This document shows positions 12,041-25,889 of a DNA stretch of 64,000 nt, one piece after another. Every line of letters begins with the position of its first letter. Position 1 is the first letter of the stretch. The position numbers were made by a program, and so were the translations under genes. The stretch is from NCBI GenBank assembly GCA_964016885.1, contig OZ024745.1, forward strand, positions 77,128,001 to 77,192,000, given 5' to 3'. Under the pieces are notes generated by a model that saw only the letters and a program-made list of their open reading frames with translations, had not been told where the DNA came from and made no database searches. Source of the stretch: Eledone cirrhosa. Lineage: Eukaryota.

Positions 12041-13059
12041 CATATATACATATATATATATACATATACATATATATATACATATACATATATATATACA
12101 TATGGTGGCTGCCAACTCGTTTTCGAGTACGGTCACTACTTTATATCCATGTAGGAGAACCTCTACCGATATACATACATACATACATACATACATACAT
12201 ACATACATACATACATACATACATACATAAACTAGTTAGGAAATTACAAGTACAATCCATTAATGGAACAGTAAAAATATGTAAAACATTCCAAAAATGT
12301 TGCATCTAATAACTGCATATACACATGTACAGATGCAAAGCATATACACATGCACACATACAACTCAAAACATACACATTCACACATACAATAACATCCA
12401 TATCTACACATGCATGCATGCAGACACATACATATCTACCTAGTTGATGTTGTGTAAATTCCAATGAGAGAGTCTTGTGTCTATGTTAGAAACCGACTCT
12501 CTATTGGTAAAACTTTGTGAAATTATAAAACCAGAAGAACATACATACATACATACATACATACATACATACATACATACATACATACATACATACATAC
12601 ATACATACATACATACATACATACATACATACATACATGTATATTTGGGTTATGTGTGAACGTGCATATGTTTCTAAATTTATACATATGTACATGCAGT
12701 TATCACATGCTGAATTTCTGAAATAGTTTACATATTTTTATAGTTCCAGTGGACTGCACGACCCGTGCACTTTCTGGTTCTGTGAAGCCCAGCTTCTTCA
12801 GATATGTGCTGCGGGTGTTAGTAACATATCCCAGAGCCTTAATGATCACAGCTACAAATCTAAGCTATAATCAGGGTGGAGTATCTGCAGATTTCTCATT
12901 AGTTCAGCATAAATATTCTCCTTTTTACTAATCTTTAACATGATGCTGACATCTTCTGGGCGGCTGTTTTTCACTAATGTGCATGAATTCTTTTCTCTTG
13001 CCCATATTACTATGTCTGGTCTGTATATGTATGTATGTATTTTTTTTTAGGGGGGGGGG

Positions 13060-13345
13060 GGGTCGAGAGGCTCCTAGTCTTCATTATGACATCCCTCTAG
13101 GAGAAGGTCACTCGCCTATAAAACTTACGATGTCCAGAGAGTGCAATTGGCCCCGTGCAAAGCCTTTCCTCACTTAACAAATCTTCAAGCACAGACATCG
13201 CTTGATATGTGACATTTTTGGCGATGCATGCTGGCCATAGGCAAGACCCTTGCAGGACTGAAAACCCACGTCCATGATGCTCATGCTTAAGTATCAAGCG
13301 ATGGCATAACTCGAAATCGAGTTGCAGCCATCATGTATTTATGTA
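13060..13345 (+). mobile_element. relative of the 11105 / 56862 element
   Basis: Shared gagagtg..gcaaagcctt..caagcacag block and CTCGAAATCGAGTTGCAGCCATC-(ATGT) end. Confidence 0.6.
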
Positions 13346-14467
13346 TGCATTTACATGTTTTCAACCGAAGCAATTCATTCAAATTGGTGAGGTTTTGCTA
13401 GGTAAGGATGAATCCAGCAACTGTTTCGATAGAATTATGAATCGATACTAACAATGCCGCATTTATAATTACCAAGCAAAAACTCAGTAAATTCAATGAA
13501 TTGCCAAATAAAAACATTTATATATTAATGAAAGCCTCTAGCTTGGTGGGTGAAATACCTATTGGTTATCTCCTCCATTTCATTTTCCGGTACATCTATG
13601 ATTTATATTTAGCTTTCAAAAACTTACCTTAATATCAATATCTATAAGTTATACCGATGATCTATAGATAGATATATTGAAACGTGTGCCTACAGAAAAA
13701 ATCTACAACAATATATACTTTCAATCTTCAATCTATATTTATGAGGATTAATACAGACGATGTGGGAGGAAAATTAAGAATACTTCGTACCCTATACTAA
13801 AGAGAAACTATACTACAAGACGAAAACAGTAAGAAGAAAATGTCATGTCATCATTTATATATTCTCTTTTTTATCTGTCTAACAATCGCAACGCCCAAAA
13901 TCTTCAACTACTATATGGAATGAATTTATTTTATATATTTAATTTCATTCTCTCTATCTCTCTTTCTCTCACTAACTTTCTATCTATATCTATCCCTCTC
14001 TTTCTCTCTCTCTCTCTTCCAACCATTATCTCCTCACTCGTTCGTTCGGTTTCACTATTGACCAAATTATTGCAGATCCCTCTTTTTTATGCCAGCTCAC
14101 AATTTGTTGATTGTTTTCCGTGCGGGATTATTCCTAAACATGAAAATAAGCGGCAATGAAACAGATAAATTGGCGTCATTTAAAAAAAAGAAAGATAAAA
14201 TAAGCTATAGAAACTGTTATACGCCTTCTTCTTATAGCTTCTTTGTTCATTTATCAATTTTTAAAATCTACTCATATATATATACGTGCGTGTATTTAAG
14301 TGTGTGTATACATACATATATATATATATTTATATCTACATATATATATACATATATATCGACAGTCGATCGACTTTCGTCAAATCGAACCGAGGAAACA
14401 ACGTTTCCATGGGTCTTTCCAATTGCTAATACTATATATCGGTCGCAACTCCAGGAAGAAGGAGCAA

Positions 14468-14577
14468 CGTGAAATAAAGTGTCTTGCTCAAGGATACAAC
14501 GCATCACCCGGTCCGGGAATCGAACTCACAACCTCAAGATTGCGAATCCAATTATCTAACCACTCAGCGACACACCT
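14468..14577 (-). mobile_element. second tRNA-derived SINE family, head fragment
   Basis: rc has B-box GTTCGATTCCC followed by TCCTTGAGCAAGACACTT. Confidence 0.7.
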
Positions 14578-15496
14578 TCACTTCTATTTGTTGACATATT
14601 TGTGTGTGTGTCGTCTGTCTGTTTGCTTGTGTGTGTGTTTGTGTATGTATGTGTGTATGTGTGTGTGTGAATGAGTGAGTGTGCATGCCGACATATTCTC
14701 CCCCTTTGAAACACAACAGAAAATAGACCCCTGTAGAGTGGGCCTCGAGGGTGGAGTCATGACGTGATAGCAAAGACATAATTTGGTTCAGAAAGATCAT
14801 CCTTACTCTGACCCAGACCTTTTCAAAATAACAGTTTTCCCACTTACTGTTTCCGACACACCACCAGATACAAATGCCTCGTAGTTGAAAATAGATGTGA
14901 AAATGTGCGTCCCTGAAACTCTAGTCTTGTTATCACTAGTGACTAGAGATCGTTCCGTAAGTGGCCTGGCTTCCATGCCGATTCCAAGTCACATATATTT
15001 ATATTTGCTACTCTAATTGTAGACATGTTTATCGGAGACAAACGGAAAGAAAAGAGAAGAGGTCACTCATCTTGGTCTTCCTGAAAACTGGCTGACCTAT
15101 TCTTCTCTGATTGAAAAGGACTTCTATAGGGCATTTTTGTTTGGTTTAAACTGAAAATCGCTACACCCCGAGGGAACTTTGCTGTTAGTGTTCTGTAATT
15201 TCTTGTGTCTATGGTGTGTTATATTAGAAATCGTTGAAACCCATCTTTTGGAAGTCTATTGTCGTTGACAATCTCTTCAAACTACTTGCACTTACTTTTA
15301 CAAACAACAGCGAAATCTGTTCAAAAGAACAGTGCTGGTGTTTATTAGTTTTGTTGTTGCTGTTGTAGTTGTATGTTTTTTCGCTCTTTTGTAAGCGTTG
15401 TTTATGTTGTTATGTTGGGGATCTCTTCAGTGTTGGCAAGGTGGTAAGTACTTTTTAACTGTAAATTTGGGCCGGCTGATGTTGGGAACAATTTCA

Positions 15497-17413
15497 TACT
15501 TCTTAATCTTTGTAGCTTTGGCAAGTACCTTTTGTTTCAGCTCTTCAATTAGCGTAGTAATATCATCATCATCATCAAGCTTGCTCGGCTTTCTACGACA
15601 CGTTTCCTCCATCCATCTCTGTCTCTCATAGCGTTTGCCAGTTCTTCCGCAGTGCATCCAGTATCGTCCTCAAGTTGCTTGACGTATGTCTTCTTGGGAC
15701 GACCAGCGTTTCTTGCTCCATGAGATGGACTCCGTAACAACACATCACCTGCTATTTCTTCCTTGCTGCGCCAACAGTGGCCAGCAAATCTGAGTCTCTG
15801 TCCACGTATTGACCTGCTGATAGGCGGTATATTGCCATAGAGATCCTTATTTGTTGGGTGTTCCCTCCAAGACACGTTTAAAGCAGCACGGAGCATGCGT
15901 GTGTATGCCCCGTCTAGCTTTTTCTCCGTTGGTATGCGAAGTCTAAACGGCGATATAATCAAGCAAGTTGACGACTTCAAATACCTGGGTAGCTATATCG
16001 TCTCCACAGAACATGATGTTAACATCAGACTTGGAAAAGCCTGGGGAGCATTGAATGCAATGGAAAAAATATGGAAATCAAACCTGCCGGCCAAACTGAA
16101 AAGGAATTTCTTCAGAGCTGCTGAGGAATCAGTACTTGTTTATGGCTCTCTCTCACTTGGACGCTAACATCGAAACTGGAGAAAAAGCTAGACGTAGTAA
16201 TATTTTACCTGATATTGTACTTCCCTGTAAGTCGTTCAATCTTCTCCCTTTTTTTTAAATTCACCTCTTTTTTCCATTTCCAGAATATTAATATCTTTCC
16301 TAATCATTTTGATGTTCCCTTCTATTCTCCTTTTCTACCACAGTTCCTGGATCTGCTTTTGTATAGTCTGTTTCATACCAAACTCTTTGCCGGTGGAGAT
16401 ACTTGTAGCACTGATTATATTGTTGGTTTCTGTGATGGTTCTAGTTGGCACCTTCTCAAGGATGTTGTTTACTTTGTTAGTTATTTCTTTTAGCTGACAT
16501 TGGTTTGATTTTTGAAAAATGTTTTAGATTACTGCCTCCTGATTTAGAGATCTCCAATATATCAGCAATCATTTGTCTGTCTTTCTGATATGTTCTTCGG
16601 TTCATCAATGTTAATGTCACCTCCTGCATCATCTCAAATATTCAGTTCTTCCTCTTCCTGTTGGATTTCCTCATTTTTCATACTCTCATCTCTATTTGAA
16701 TCTCTAACATCCTGAGCTTCTATATCCTCCACACCCTCCTGGCTTATCTTTATTTTTATCATTTTAATCACGATCTCAGATAGCCATCCGTATTTGCGTA
16801 TTGCCATGCCTGATCACGAATCCTCTATTCAGTTGATTGAAAGAACCCTATCTCCAACCATACTCGTAACATCCTTTGTTTATATCCTCTAATTGATACA
16901 CCATTTTAATTTACAGGCCTGCTTCTAAAATAACACCCCATAACAGCTTTGTTTACCTCCTTACTCCACTGCATTCTAGCAGTGTCATGATAACGACCGG
17001 GTCTGCGCTGCTCAACCACAGGACCCATGCCGAACGAGGCACCTTCACTAGTAGCTCCAGCACCATTCACATCTTTGTGTAAATAAATGTTTTGATTCAT
17101 TTTACTAATTGAGGTTAGTGGTTTTCATATTCCACTAGGACTAGTGTTTTGTTTTTTGAGACATCATCTCTAGAGGGTGACGTTAACGACTTTAAATTCT
17201 AAGGTTTGAGGGCTCTTTAGAATTGAAGTGAGCTATCTTGCGCTGGTCACCAGTCCTGTATTTTAAACTCCGCAGCTGGATAGCTGTTGATTCTCCTGAG
17301 TTCCTCCGCCCTTCGACGGGTTTTGTTTTTCATCCCGTAAGGAGTCCAAACATCACCCTCCTCACCTAGCAAGCTTGGTGGGGTTGCCGGTTTAGTTACC
17401 GACGATTCGACGA
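15497..17413 (-). mobile_element. degraded R4/Dong-clade LINE, 5' UTR and N-terminal ORF, interrupted by an RTE
   Basis: WSKEVNKAVMGCYFRSRP and KYNI..ITTLIEELKQKVLAKATKIKKY, typical of R4/Dong N-termini; (TAA) at the 5' junction. Confidence 0.7.
15564..16192 (-). mobile_element. RTE-clade LINE 3' fragment with 5' inversion and 11-bp TSD
   Basis: - strand YTRMLRAALNVSW..RLRFAGHCWR; + strand FKYLGS..VLVYG; TSD CGTAGTAATAT at 15553-15563 and 16193-16203; (TGA)n tail. Confidence 0.88.
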
Positions 17414-17814
17414 ATAATAATTATTATTATTACCATTACCAACACCAGCACCATCACCACGACCAACATCATCACCACCATCACCACCACCATCATCATT
17501 ATTATTTCCATATACATAGTTAGCTCACACCGCCTCGGGATGTCTAACTTGTTTTTTATTTCAGCAGCATCTCAGTCATAGTGAGCTATTTCAGACCTCT
17601 CTCTGATGCTGGTCTTCCATGCTATTTCATTGGTCGAAGGGAGAGGCTTCTATTATCATTCATGGTACTTCATTTGACTACCAGAGACGCCTGGTAGTCA
17701 GATAAGCTTACGTAGAAAATAAAAACAAAAAAAAAAGAGAGAGGGTCCGACAGCCCACATACAACACATGGTGATAGAATAGACAGAGGGAAGGAAAAAT
17801 AAAGAAAAAATACA

Positions 17815-18320
17815 ATAATGAGATGATTCTGCTTCTTGCCAAGTGTCGACCTGACACCTGAGGCGAAATTTAATAATACACACATTTTAAAATCAATTGT
17901 CATACAAATGTTAACACAAGGGTATACACAACAGTAAATGTATTTGCAAGGTTTCTAAATTGATAATGTCCTTCCCGGGACATTAACTGTGCCATGTCAG
18001 AAGTATTTTCTCTAACTCTTGCAGAGATGGCTTTCCAGGTATCTGGTGTAAATATTTTTAGTTCCCTTCTTTTATCATTCTGAATGCACCGACTACCACT
18101 GGTATTGCACAGGTTTTAAGATGACACATTTTCTCACTTTCAATTGTCAGGTCTTTATATTTACTGAGCTTTCCGAACTCTTTCTACAAGATCTAATTGA
18201 AGGTTTATGTCAATTAAGAAACATGTTTTCTCTTTACGATCCTTTACAATTACATCAGGTGTGTTGGCCTTGATTGTTCTGTCAGTGTTCATATGGAACT
18301 CTCATAGGATTGTCCCATTC
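17815..18320 (-). pseudogene. degraded R4/Dong RLE 3' fragment
   Basis: rc translates as TDRTIKANTPDVIVKD..KLSKYKDL..IPVVVGA..QIPGKPSLQEL. Confidence 0.75.
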
Positions 18321-18865
18321 TTCTGAATAGTATGCTAAAGTGGAAGACACAGTTGTACTTGAAGAAAGTATTCATTGGAGAAGGTAGAGGTGGTGATAGT
18401 GTTCGTGTTCGTGCTGTTGTTTTTCTTTTTTGCTGTGATTGTTTTATTTTGTTATTACTGTGAATGTAACAGCAGTATTTAAAAGCGGGAAGCTTTACCG
18501 TTTAGAGTTGTTGCTGCTGTTGTAGTTGTTGTTGTTGCTGCTTTTGTTCTTTTTTTTTTAAATTTTGACTGTTCCATCTTCTGGACAGACGCCATTTCAT
18601 TTCAACAGAATGATACTTCTCGTCCGCCATGTCAATTTTTTTAAACGAGGGTTGTTGTTATTCTCATACTTACTGTTGTTGCTGTTGTTGCTGTTATTGT
18701 TGTTCATGATATTGTTGTTGCCATTGTGTTGTCGTTTTTTTTCTGTGTTATTGTTATTTTTGTCGTTTGCTTCTGTTATATTTATTGTTGCATTGTTGGT
18801 GGTGTGATTGTTATTGATATTGTTGTTCATGTTGTTTCTGTTATCGTTGTTCATGTTCATTATTT

Positions 18866-19041
18866 GTCGGTGAATTGGCAGTATCGGTAGAGGGTCGGAC
18901 GCCATTCTTTGACGCATGGACTTACGGCCTTGCCATTCTGAGTTCAAATCCCGCCGAAGTTAACTTTACGCGGTCGATAAAATAAAGTACCAGTAATGTA
19001 CTGGGTAATTCCTGGCCTTGTGCCAATAGTAGAAACAATTA
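18866..19041 (+). mobile_element. SINE with internal deletion
   Basis: Family match. Confidence 0.85.
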
Positions 19042-19578
19042 TTTGTGTTCTCACGATTGTCTGTGCTGGTTTTAATTTTGTTTTTGTTTCAGTTGTTGCA
19101 GTGGAGGTGGGGTTGGGGCGTAGGTCGTGTTGGATGTGCTTGCCGTCGTTGTGGTAGGAGTGGCGGCGTTCGCATAGGTAAACATTGGCAAAGGTGGAAA
19201 AAGTCTATTTTGTTTGCGGTTGCTGCACGAGATTAATTTTCGTAGATGTTGTTGTTGTTGTTGTTGTTGTTGCTGTTGATGTTGTTGTCAGCGATACTGC
19301 CTGTGGTGGTGGTAATGGTAACACTGTTCCTAATGGCGGTGTTAGAGCTGCTGTCACGTGACAGCTGGCTTAACCTGTGGGAAGGGAGGGGGGCTTACTC
19401 CGTCCATGTTATTTTTTTACAGAAAAATAATTTTCAAAAATAAACGACTCTCTTCCTCGGGGCAAAGGCGGGTGTTTTATGCCCCCTTATCAACAACAAC
19501 AAAAAATTAACAAGATACCAATTTAAACCTATTGGAGCTCAGAATCGCACGTCTTACACTTTCCTCGCCAATAATAAT

Positions 19579-19674
19579 AATTGTTCCTACTTTTGGCACA
19601 AGGCCAGCAATAACCCAGTACATTACTGGTACTTTATTTTATCGACCCTGTAAGGATGAAAGGCAAAATTAACC

Positions 19675-19711
<37 letters not shown>

Positions 19712-19898
19712 TGTTTCTACTTTTGGCACAAGGCCATCAATTACCCAGTACATTACTGGTACTTTATGTTATCGACCCCGTAAGGATGAAAGGCAAAGTT
19801 AACCTCGGCGGGATTTGAACTCAGAATGGCAAAGGGCGTAACTCTATGCGTCAAAGCATGGCGTCCGACACTCTACCGATACTGCCAATCCACCGCCC
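19579..19898 (-). mobile_element. two tandem SINEs (partial 19579-19676, full 19709-19898) separated by (TAA)n
   Basis: Family match. Confidence 0.85.
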
Positions 19899-19899
19899 T

Positions 19900-19938
<39 letters not shown>

Positions 19939-19941
<3 letters not shown>

Positions 19942-20647
19942 GGCTACAGAAGGAATGCTAATGGCTGCGCAAGAGCAGGCCCTCAAAACGAAGTGGCTGA
20001 AACACCATATTTACAAGCTGGAGGCTAGCCCACTGTGTAGGATCTGTGGAGAGAGAGAGAGAGGAGACTGTGGCTCACATTGTATCCGAGTGTAAATACC
20101 TAGCCCAGACTCACTATAAAAGCTGGAGACATGATGTGATGGGCAGGGTGATCCACTGGCAACTATGCAAAGTAAACAATTTACCACATTCTGAGAAGTG
20201 GTATGAGCATAAGCCAGAGTCGGTGATAGAAAACGATAAGGTAAAGGTGCTGTGGGATTTTAGGATACAGACGGAGAAGGAAAAAAGATCGTGCCTGATT
20301 GTGGATGTGGCCTGCCCATTCGACACGAGAGTGCAAGAGAAGGAGAGGGAGAAAATTAACCGATACTAGGACTTAAAGTGGGAGGTAAAAAGGATTTAGA
20401 ACTGCCATGAAGTCAAAGTGGTCCCGATTGTCATAGGGGCACTAGGTACTATCTCAAAGAGTTTCCAAGGATGGTTAAAGAAAATTGGTCCCGCCCCGCT
20501 TTTTGGAACACTTCAAAAGGCATGCTTGCTGGGAACAGCAAGAACCCTCCGATACGTCCTGAATATCTGAGGTTGCAGGTAGTGGCTTGATATTCATTTC
20601 AACAAACTTTCCAGTTAAATAACATCAATGACTGAGACTCAAAGAAC
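19939..20647 (+). mobile_element. 5'-truncated R4/Dong LINE (copy A; same family as 22048-24174), disrupted
   Basis: AAQEQ, CRICG..H..SEC; frameshift, stops and a deletion of the RPD segment; in (TAA)n. Confidence 0.9.
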
Positions 20648-20704
<57 letters not shown>

Positions 20705-21492
20705 TATATCAGCACAAGATCAGTGTCTGCCAACAAAAAATTACCAAGCCAACATAATAAAAAATGGATGCAGCCCATTATGCCGTGTATGCAAAAAACA
20801 ACCAGAGACCATTGACCATATAATTTCAATGTGCAGTCCTATAGCTCCAACCGAATACCTAAACAGGCATGACAGAGCTGCACAATACATACATTGGATA
20901 ATGTGTAAGCATTTTGACCTGCCCCATCAAAAGAATTGGTGGGAGCATCAACCACCTCCCATACTTGAAAAAGATCACACCTCAATCTTGTGGAACTTTA
21001 GCATCCAAACAGACCGAAAAATAGATGCAAATAGACCTGATATAATATTGAAGGACTTTCAAAAGAGGGTATGCCTGCTAATTGATATGTCTGTTCCAAT
21101 AGACAAGAATGTATCTATAAAAACATTTGAAAAATTGAGCAAGTATAAGGACCTGGAGATAGAAATTGGAAAAATGTGGAAATTGAGAACTAAAACAATA
21201 CCAGTGGTTGTAGGCGCTCTGGGAATGATACCTAAGGGGTCTAATGATTACTTATCGCAAATCCCAGGAAACCCGCATATAGGAGAAATACAAAAGATAG
21301 TACTAATGGGAACTGCCCATATACTAAGGAAGATTCTGTCAATATAAGTACATCACAAGTCTAAACACTAAAGATGCATGTGTGAATATGTATGTTCTTT
21401 CTTGAAAATGGCGGACCTTGTTGTCTCTTGAGGTCACTGGTTGTGACTTGGTGATAACTCGTATGAACATAAAGCAAGATAAATGCAACTGT
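20705..21492 (+). mobile_element. 5'-truncated R4/Dong LINE (copy B, different family), open frame to 21347
   Basis: AQDQ, CRVC..ETIDHIISMC, RHD, NRPDII, KLSKYKDL, PVVVGALG; (TAA)n on both sides. Confidence 0.9.
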
Positions 21493-21530
21493 AATAATAA
21501 TAATAATAATAATAATAAAAATAATAATAA

Positions 21531-21981
21531 TGCTTTCTTTAATAACCACAAGGGTTTACATAAAGTAGACATTAAGGACAGTACAGGATAATACAGGACG
21601 GTACAATTTGGCATTTTTGCGTGTAAAAAAAAACAGAGGATGTAATAAAAAAAATAACAATGGGGCGACTTCCAAGGGACATTTGTGGAGAAAGCCCATT
21701 AAAAGGCTACAGTGACCCTGACCACCAGGACAAGTGCCCTCTCCCAGTTTTCCACCTTTAATTTACAGACACATACTCAGAGAAGGCCCATTCATTCGGG
21801 CCATACTTGCTTCTCTCACCCATCTTTCAACAAAATGCTGGGAAGAGAGCACTTCCCTCTCTACTCTGATTTTCCTTTTCAAATGAAATTTGAAAAAGTT
21901 AATCAGGGCATCACCGAAGAGGTAAGTGCTCGTCTTCAGCCCTTTCAAACGTGTCCACCATACTATCTCTTTCGCCATGGC

Positions 21982-21982
<1 letters not shown>
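21531..21982 (-). mobile_element. L1/Tx1-clade LINE 3' end
   Basis: [29 protein letters not shown], then a 3' UTR with ATTAAA and a (TTA)n tail. Confidence 0.65.
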
Positions 21983-22046
<64 letters not shown>

Positions 22047-22047
22047 T

Positions 22048-24099
22048 GACTGCTTGGTGTCGGGTGAGGTGCCAGAGTGGTTGACAAAAGGTACCACAGT
22101 TCTGATAATGAAAGACCGAATCAAGGGTAATGATGTTACCAACTATAGACCTATCACATGTCTGCCCGTAATGTGGAAACTGTTGACGAGCATTGTGTCT
22201 GAGGAAATCTACCATCACCTCCACACAAACAACTTGTTACCGGACGAACAGAAAGGATGCCGAAAGAAGTCACGTGGTACAAAGGACCAGTTGCTTATTG
22301 ATAAGATGGTAATGGGGAATTGCAGGAGGAGACACACTGATCTTGCCATGGGATGGATAGACTACAGAAAGGCATTTGACATGGTGCCTCATTCCTGGAT
22401 CACCAAAAGCCTGGAGATCTTCAGGGTGGCAGATAACATCAGACAGTTGCTGGACAGGAGTATGGGGTCCTGGGAGACAGAGTTGACATCAACTGGAGTA
22501 TCCTTGGGAAGCGTGAAGATCAAGAGAGGTATCTTCCAGGGAGATAGCCTGTCCCCTCTGTTGTTTGTCCTTGCCCTGATGCCCTTGACCATTATGCTGC
22601 GAAAAGTGAGAGCAGGATACAAGTTGGGAAGGGGAGAGCTTACCATCAATCACCTCCTCTTCATGGACGATCTTAAGCTCTTCGGGAAAAGTGAGAAGGA
22701 GTTGGATGTGCTTGTTGACACTGTCCGTATTTTCAGCAGTGATATATGTATGCAGTTTGGTATTGGTAAATGTGGAGTCATTGTGATGAAGAGGGGTAGG
22801 TTGAGCAGAAGTAACGGGATCCAGATACCAACAGGTGAGATGATAAAGGAAATTGACTCTGAGGAAGGATACAAGTATTTGGGCGTTCTGGAGGCTGATG
22901 GCATAAAGAACAAAAAAATGAAGGAATTGTTAAGAACTGAATACATTCGGAGAGTAAGGAGCGTATTGAAGTCACATCTGAACAGCAGAAATGCCATAAG
23001 CGCAGTAAATTCCCGAGCTGTGTCTATTATTAGGTACAGTGCGGGAATTCTGAGATGGAATGTTGCTGAACAAAAAGAAATGGATAGGAAGACTAGGAAG
23101 ATATTGACTATCTACAACATGTTCCACAAGAGGAGTGATGTCGATAGACTCTACCTAAGGAGATCTGAGGGTGGAAGAGGTCTTATCAGCATAGAGGACT
23201 GTGTTCAGATGGAGAAAAACAACCTATACAAATACGTGACCTATAGTAAGGAGCCAATGCTCAGAGCTGTACTGAAGGAGGGGACAGTAGGCCAGGGGAT
23301 ATCCAAGGAGGAAATAACATCAAGGAGGAAGAGCAGCCTTAAGGGAAAATCCCTTCATAGTACCTTCTTTGAGAAAACTGAATTTAGAGATCCACAGACA
23401 TGGAACTGGTTGAGAAGAAGAGACCTCAAAAAGGCTACAGAAGGAATGCTAATGGCTGCGCAGGAGCAGGCCCTCAAAACGAAGTGGTTGAAGCACCATA
23501 TCTACAAGGAGGAGGCTAGCCCACTGTGCAGGATCTGTGGAGAGAGAGAGGAGACTGTGGCTCACATTGTGTCCGAGTGTAAACACCTAGCCCAGACCCA
23601 CTATAAGGGCTGGAGACACGATGTGATGGGCAGGGTGATCCACTGGCACCTGTGCAAAGTAAACAATCTACCACATTCTGAGAAATGGTATGAGCATAGG
23701 CCAGAGGCGGTGATGGAGAACAGTCAGGTGAAGGTGCTGTGGGATTTTAGGATACAGACGGACAAAAAACTGGAACACAATAGACCTGACCTGGTGGTTG
23801 TGGACAAAGAAAAAAGATCGTGCCTGATTGTGGATGTGGCCTGCCCGTTCGACACGAGAGTGCAAGAGAAGGAGAGGGAGAAAATTAACCGATACCAGGA
23901 CCTAAAGTGGGAGGTGAAAAGGATTTGGAACTGCCATGAAGTCAAAGTGATCCCGATTGTCATAGGCGCACTGGGGACTATCTCCAAAGGTTTCCAGGGA
24001 TGGTTAAAGAAAATCGGCCCCTTCACGCTTTTTGGAACGCTTCAAAAGGCATGCTTGCTTGGAACAGCAAGAACCCTCCGATACGTCCTGAATATCTGA
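22048..24099 (+). CDS. R4/Dong-clade reverse transcriptase + CCHC + RLE endonuclease (5'-truncated, uninterrupted; 3' UTR to ~24174)
   Basis: [61 protein letters not shown]. Confidence 0.95.
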   Translation, partial: DCLVSGEVPEWLTKGTTVLIMKDRIKGNDVTNYRPITCLPVMWKLLTSIVSEEIYHHLHTNNLLPDEQKGCRKKSRGTKDQLLIDKMVMGNCRRRHTDLAMGWIDYRKAFDMVPHSWITKSLEIFRVADNIRQLLDRSMGSWETELTSTGVSLGSVKIKRGIFQGDSLSPLLFVLALMPLTIMLRKVRAGYKLGRGELTINHLLFMDDLKLFGKSEKELDVLVDTVRIFSSDICMQFGIGKCGVIVMKRGRLSRSNGIQIPTGEMIKEIDSEEGYKYLGVLEADGIKNKKMKELLRTEYIRRVRSVLKSHLNSRNAISAVNSRAVSIIRYSAGILRWNVAEQKEMDRKTRKILTIYNMFHKRSDVDRLYLRRSEGGRGLISIEDCVQMEKNNLYKYVTYSKEPMLRAVLKEGTVGQGISKEEITSRRKSSLKGKSLHSTFFEKTEFRDPQTWNWLRRRDLKKATEGMLMAAQEQALKTKWLKHHIYKEEASPLCRICGEREETVAHIVSECKHLAQTHYKGWRHDVMGRVIHWHLCKVNNLPHSEKWYEHRPEAVMENSQVKVLWDFRIQTDKKLEHNRPDLVVVDKEKRSCLIVDVACPFDTRVQEKEREKINRYQDLKWEVKRIWNCHEVKVIPIVIGALGTISKGFQGWLKKIGPFTLFGTLQKACLLGTARTLRYVLNI

Positions 24100-24206
24100 G
24101 GCTGCAGGTAGTGGCTTGATATTCAATCCAACGGACTTTCCAGTTAACCAACATCAATGACTGAGATTCAAGGAATAACAATAACAATAATAATAATAAT
24201 AATAAT

Positions 24207-24310
24207 AATTGTTTCTACTTTTGGCACAAGGCCAGCAATTACCCAGTATATTACTGGTACTTTATTTTATCGACCCCGTAAGGATGAAAGGCAAAGTTAA
24301 CCTCGGCGGG

Positions 24311-24311
<1 letters not shown>
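24207..24311 (-). mobile_element. SINE, 5'-truncated
   Basis: Family match. Confidence 0.85.
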
Positions 24312-24351
<40 letters not shown>

Positions 24352-24381
<30 letters not shown>

Positions 24382-24474
24382 AAGAAGAAGAAGAAGAAGA
24401 AGAAGAAGAAGAAGAAGAAGAAGAAGAAGAAGAAGAAGAAGAAGAAGAAGAAGAAGAAGAAGAAGAAGAAGAAG

Positions 24475-24504
<30 letters not shown>
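24352..24504. repeat. pure (GAA)n microsatellite
   Basis: Direct reading. Confidence 0.98.
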
Positions 24505-24505
<1 letters not shown>

Positions 24506-24711
24506 TAATAATGATAATGATTATAATCATATCGTTGCTGTGTATTCCTACTGCTACGTTGATTGCAATCGATGCATTGGCAACAGAAGCGATAGCTGCA
24601 TCGCTACCAGTTCACTGATTGTAAGTAATATATTATGTGAGTCTCTCTGTAGCCTGCCAGATAATCTACTATTGATCACAAGTTACGCCACCGAATTCTA
24701 AGTCTTCAAAG

Positions 24712-24767
<56 letters not shown>

Positions 24768-24805
24768 CTTTCACTCTCTCTCACTCACTCACTTACTCTT
24801 TCTCT

Positions 24806-24841
<36 letters not shown>

Positions 24842-24915
24842 ATCTCTCTCCCTTTCTCTTTGTATATATATATATGTGTGTGTATATGTGTGTGTGTGTG
24901 TGTATATATATATAC

Positions 24916-25019
<104 letters not shown>

Positions 25020-25171
25020 TGTATATATAATGCATGAATGTTTTCACAGCCGATTTGTTTGTTTAAATTTTTCGTTTTGATATATTTGTTTCATGGATTT
25101 TCGTTCTTTACACTCAAACACACACACACAAACAGCCGTACAAAACACACATGTACACATATATTTAGAGA

Positions 25172-25282
<111 letters not shown>

Positions 25283-25541
25283 GGTGAGACAGACAGAGAG
25301 ACAGACGTGAGACAGTCAGAGAGACAGACGTAGATATGAAAGCAGAAAAGAAAGCAGGTATGCCCAAAATTGAGATTGATTAAGATAGGAATATATACAA
25401 GAGAGTGATTGTAAATCTATGGGAGTGTGCATGTTTAATTCTATATATACTCACATGCAATTAAATATATATATATATATACTTCGCTTCTGTATTTTTT
25501 TACAAGATTTCTTATCTGAAAGCGTGTATTGAAACAGATAT

Positions 25542-25889
25542 TGTTATACTCTGGGAGGGTCATGCTGAAATAAAAACACACGACCCCGTTGGTTGGTTCA
25601 ATAACCGGATGCTTGTTTATATATTGTCAAAGCTCTTTCGTCATACATTCTGTGATCTCTTCAGTGACTAATTTGTTATTTTGATGGTGTAAGACAGAAC
25701 AAAGGAGAGACACGAAATAACAAATTAGTCACTGAGGCGGTCACAGAATGTGTGACGAAAGAGCTTTCACAATCAACAAATAAACAACCATCCGGTTATT
25801 AAAGCAACCAACTGGAAATTTGTAATAAATTGAGGTGACAATCAACAGGTGCGTGTATTTTTTCTTGGCAGCATGACTAATCCAAAGTT

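Noticed and set aside
19709-19898. tRNA-like A/B boxes
   Set aside because: SINE heads; no complete cloverleaf
24297-24530. Poly-R / poly-F ORFs
   Set aside because: (GAA)n repeat
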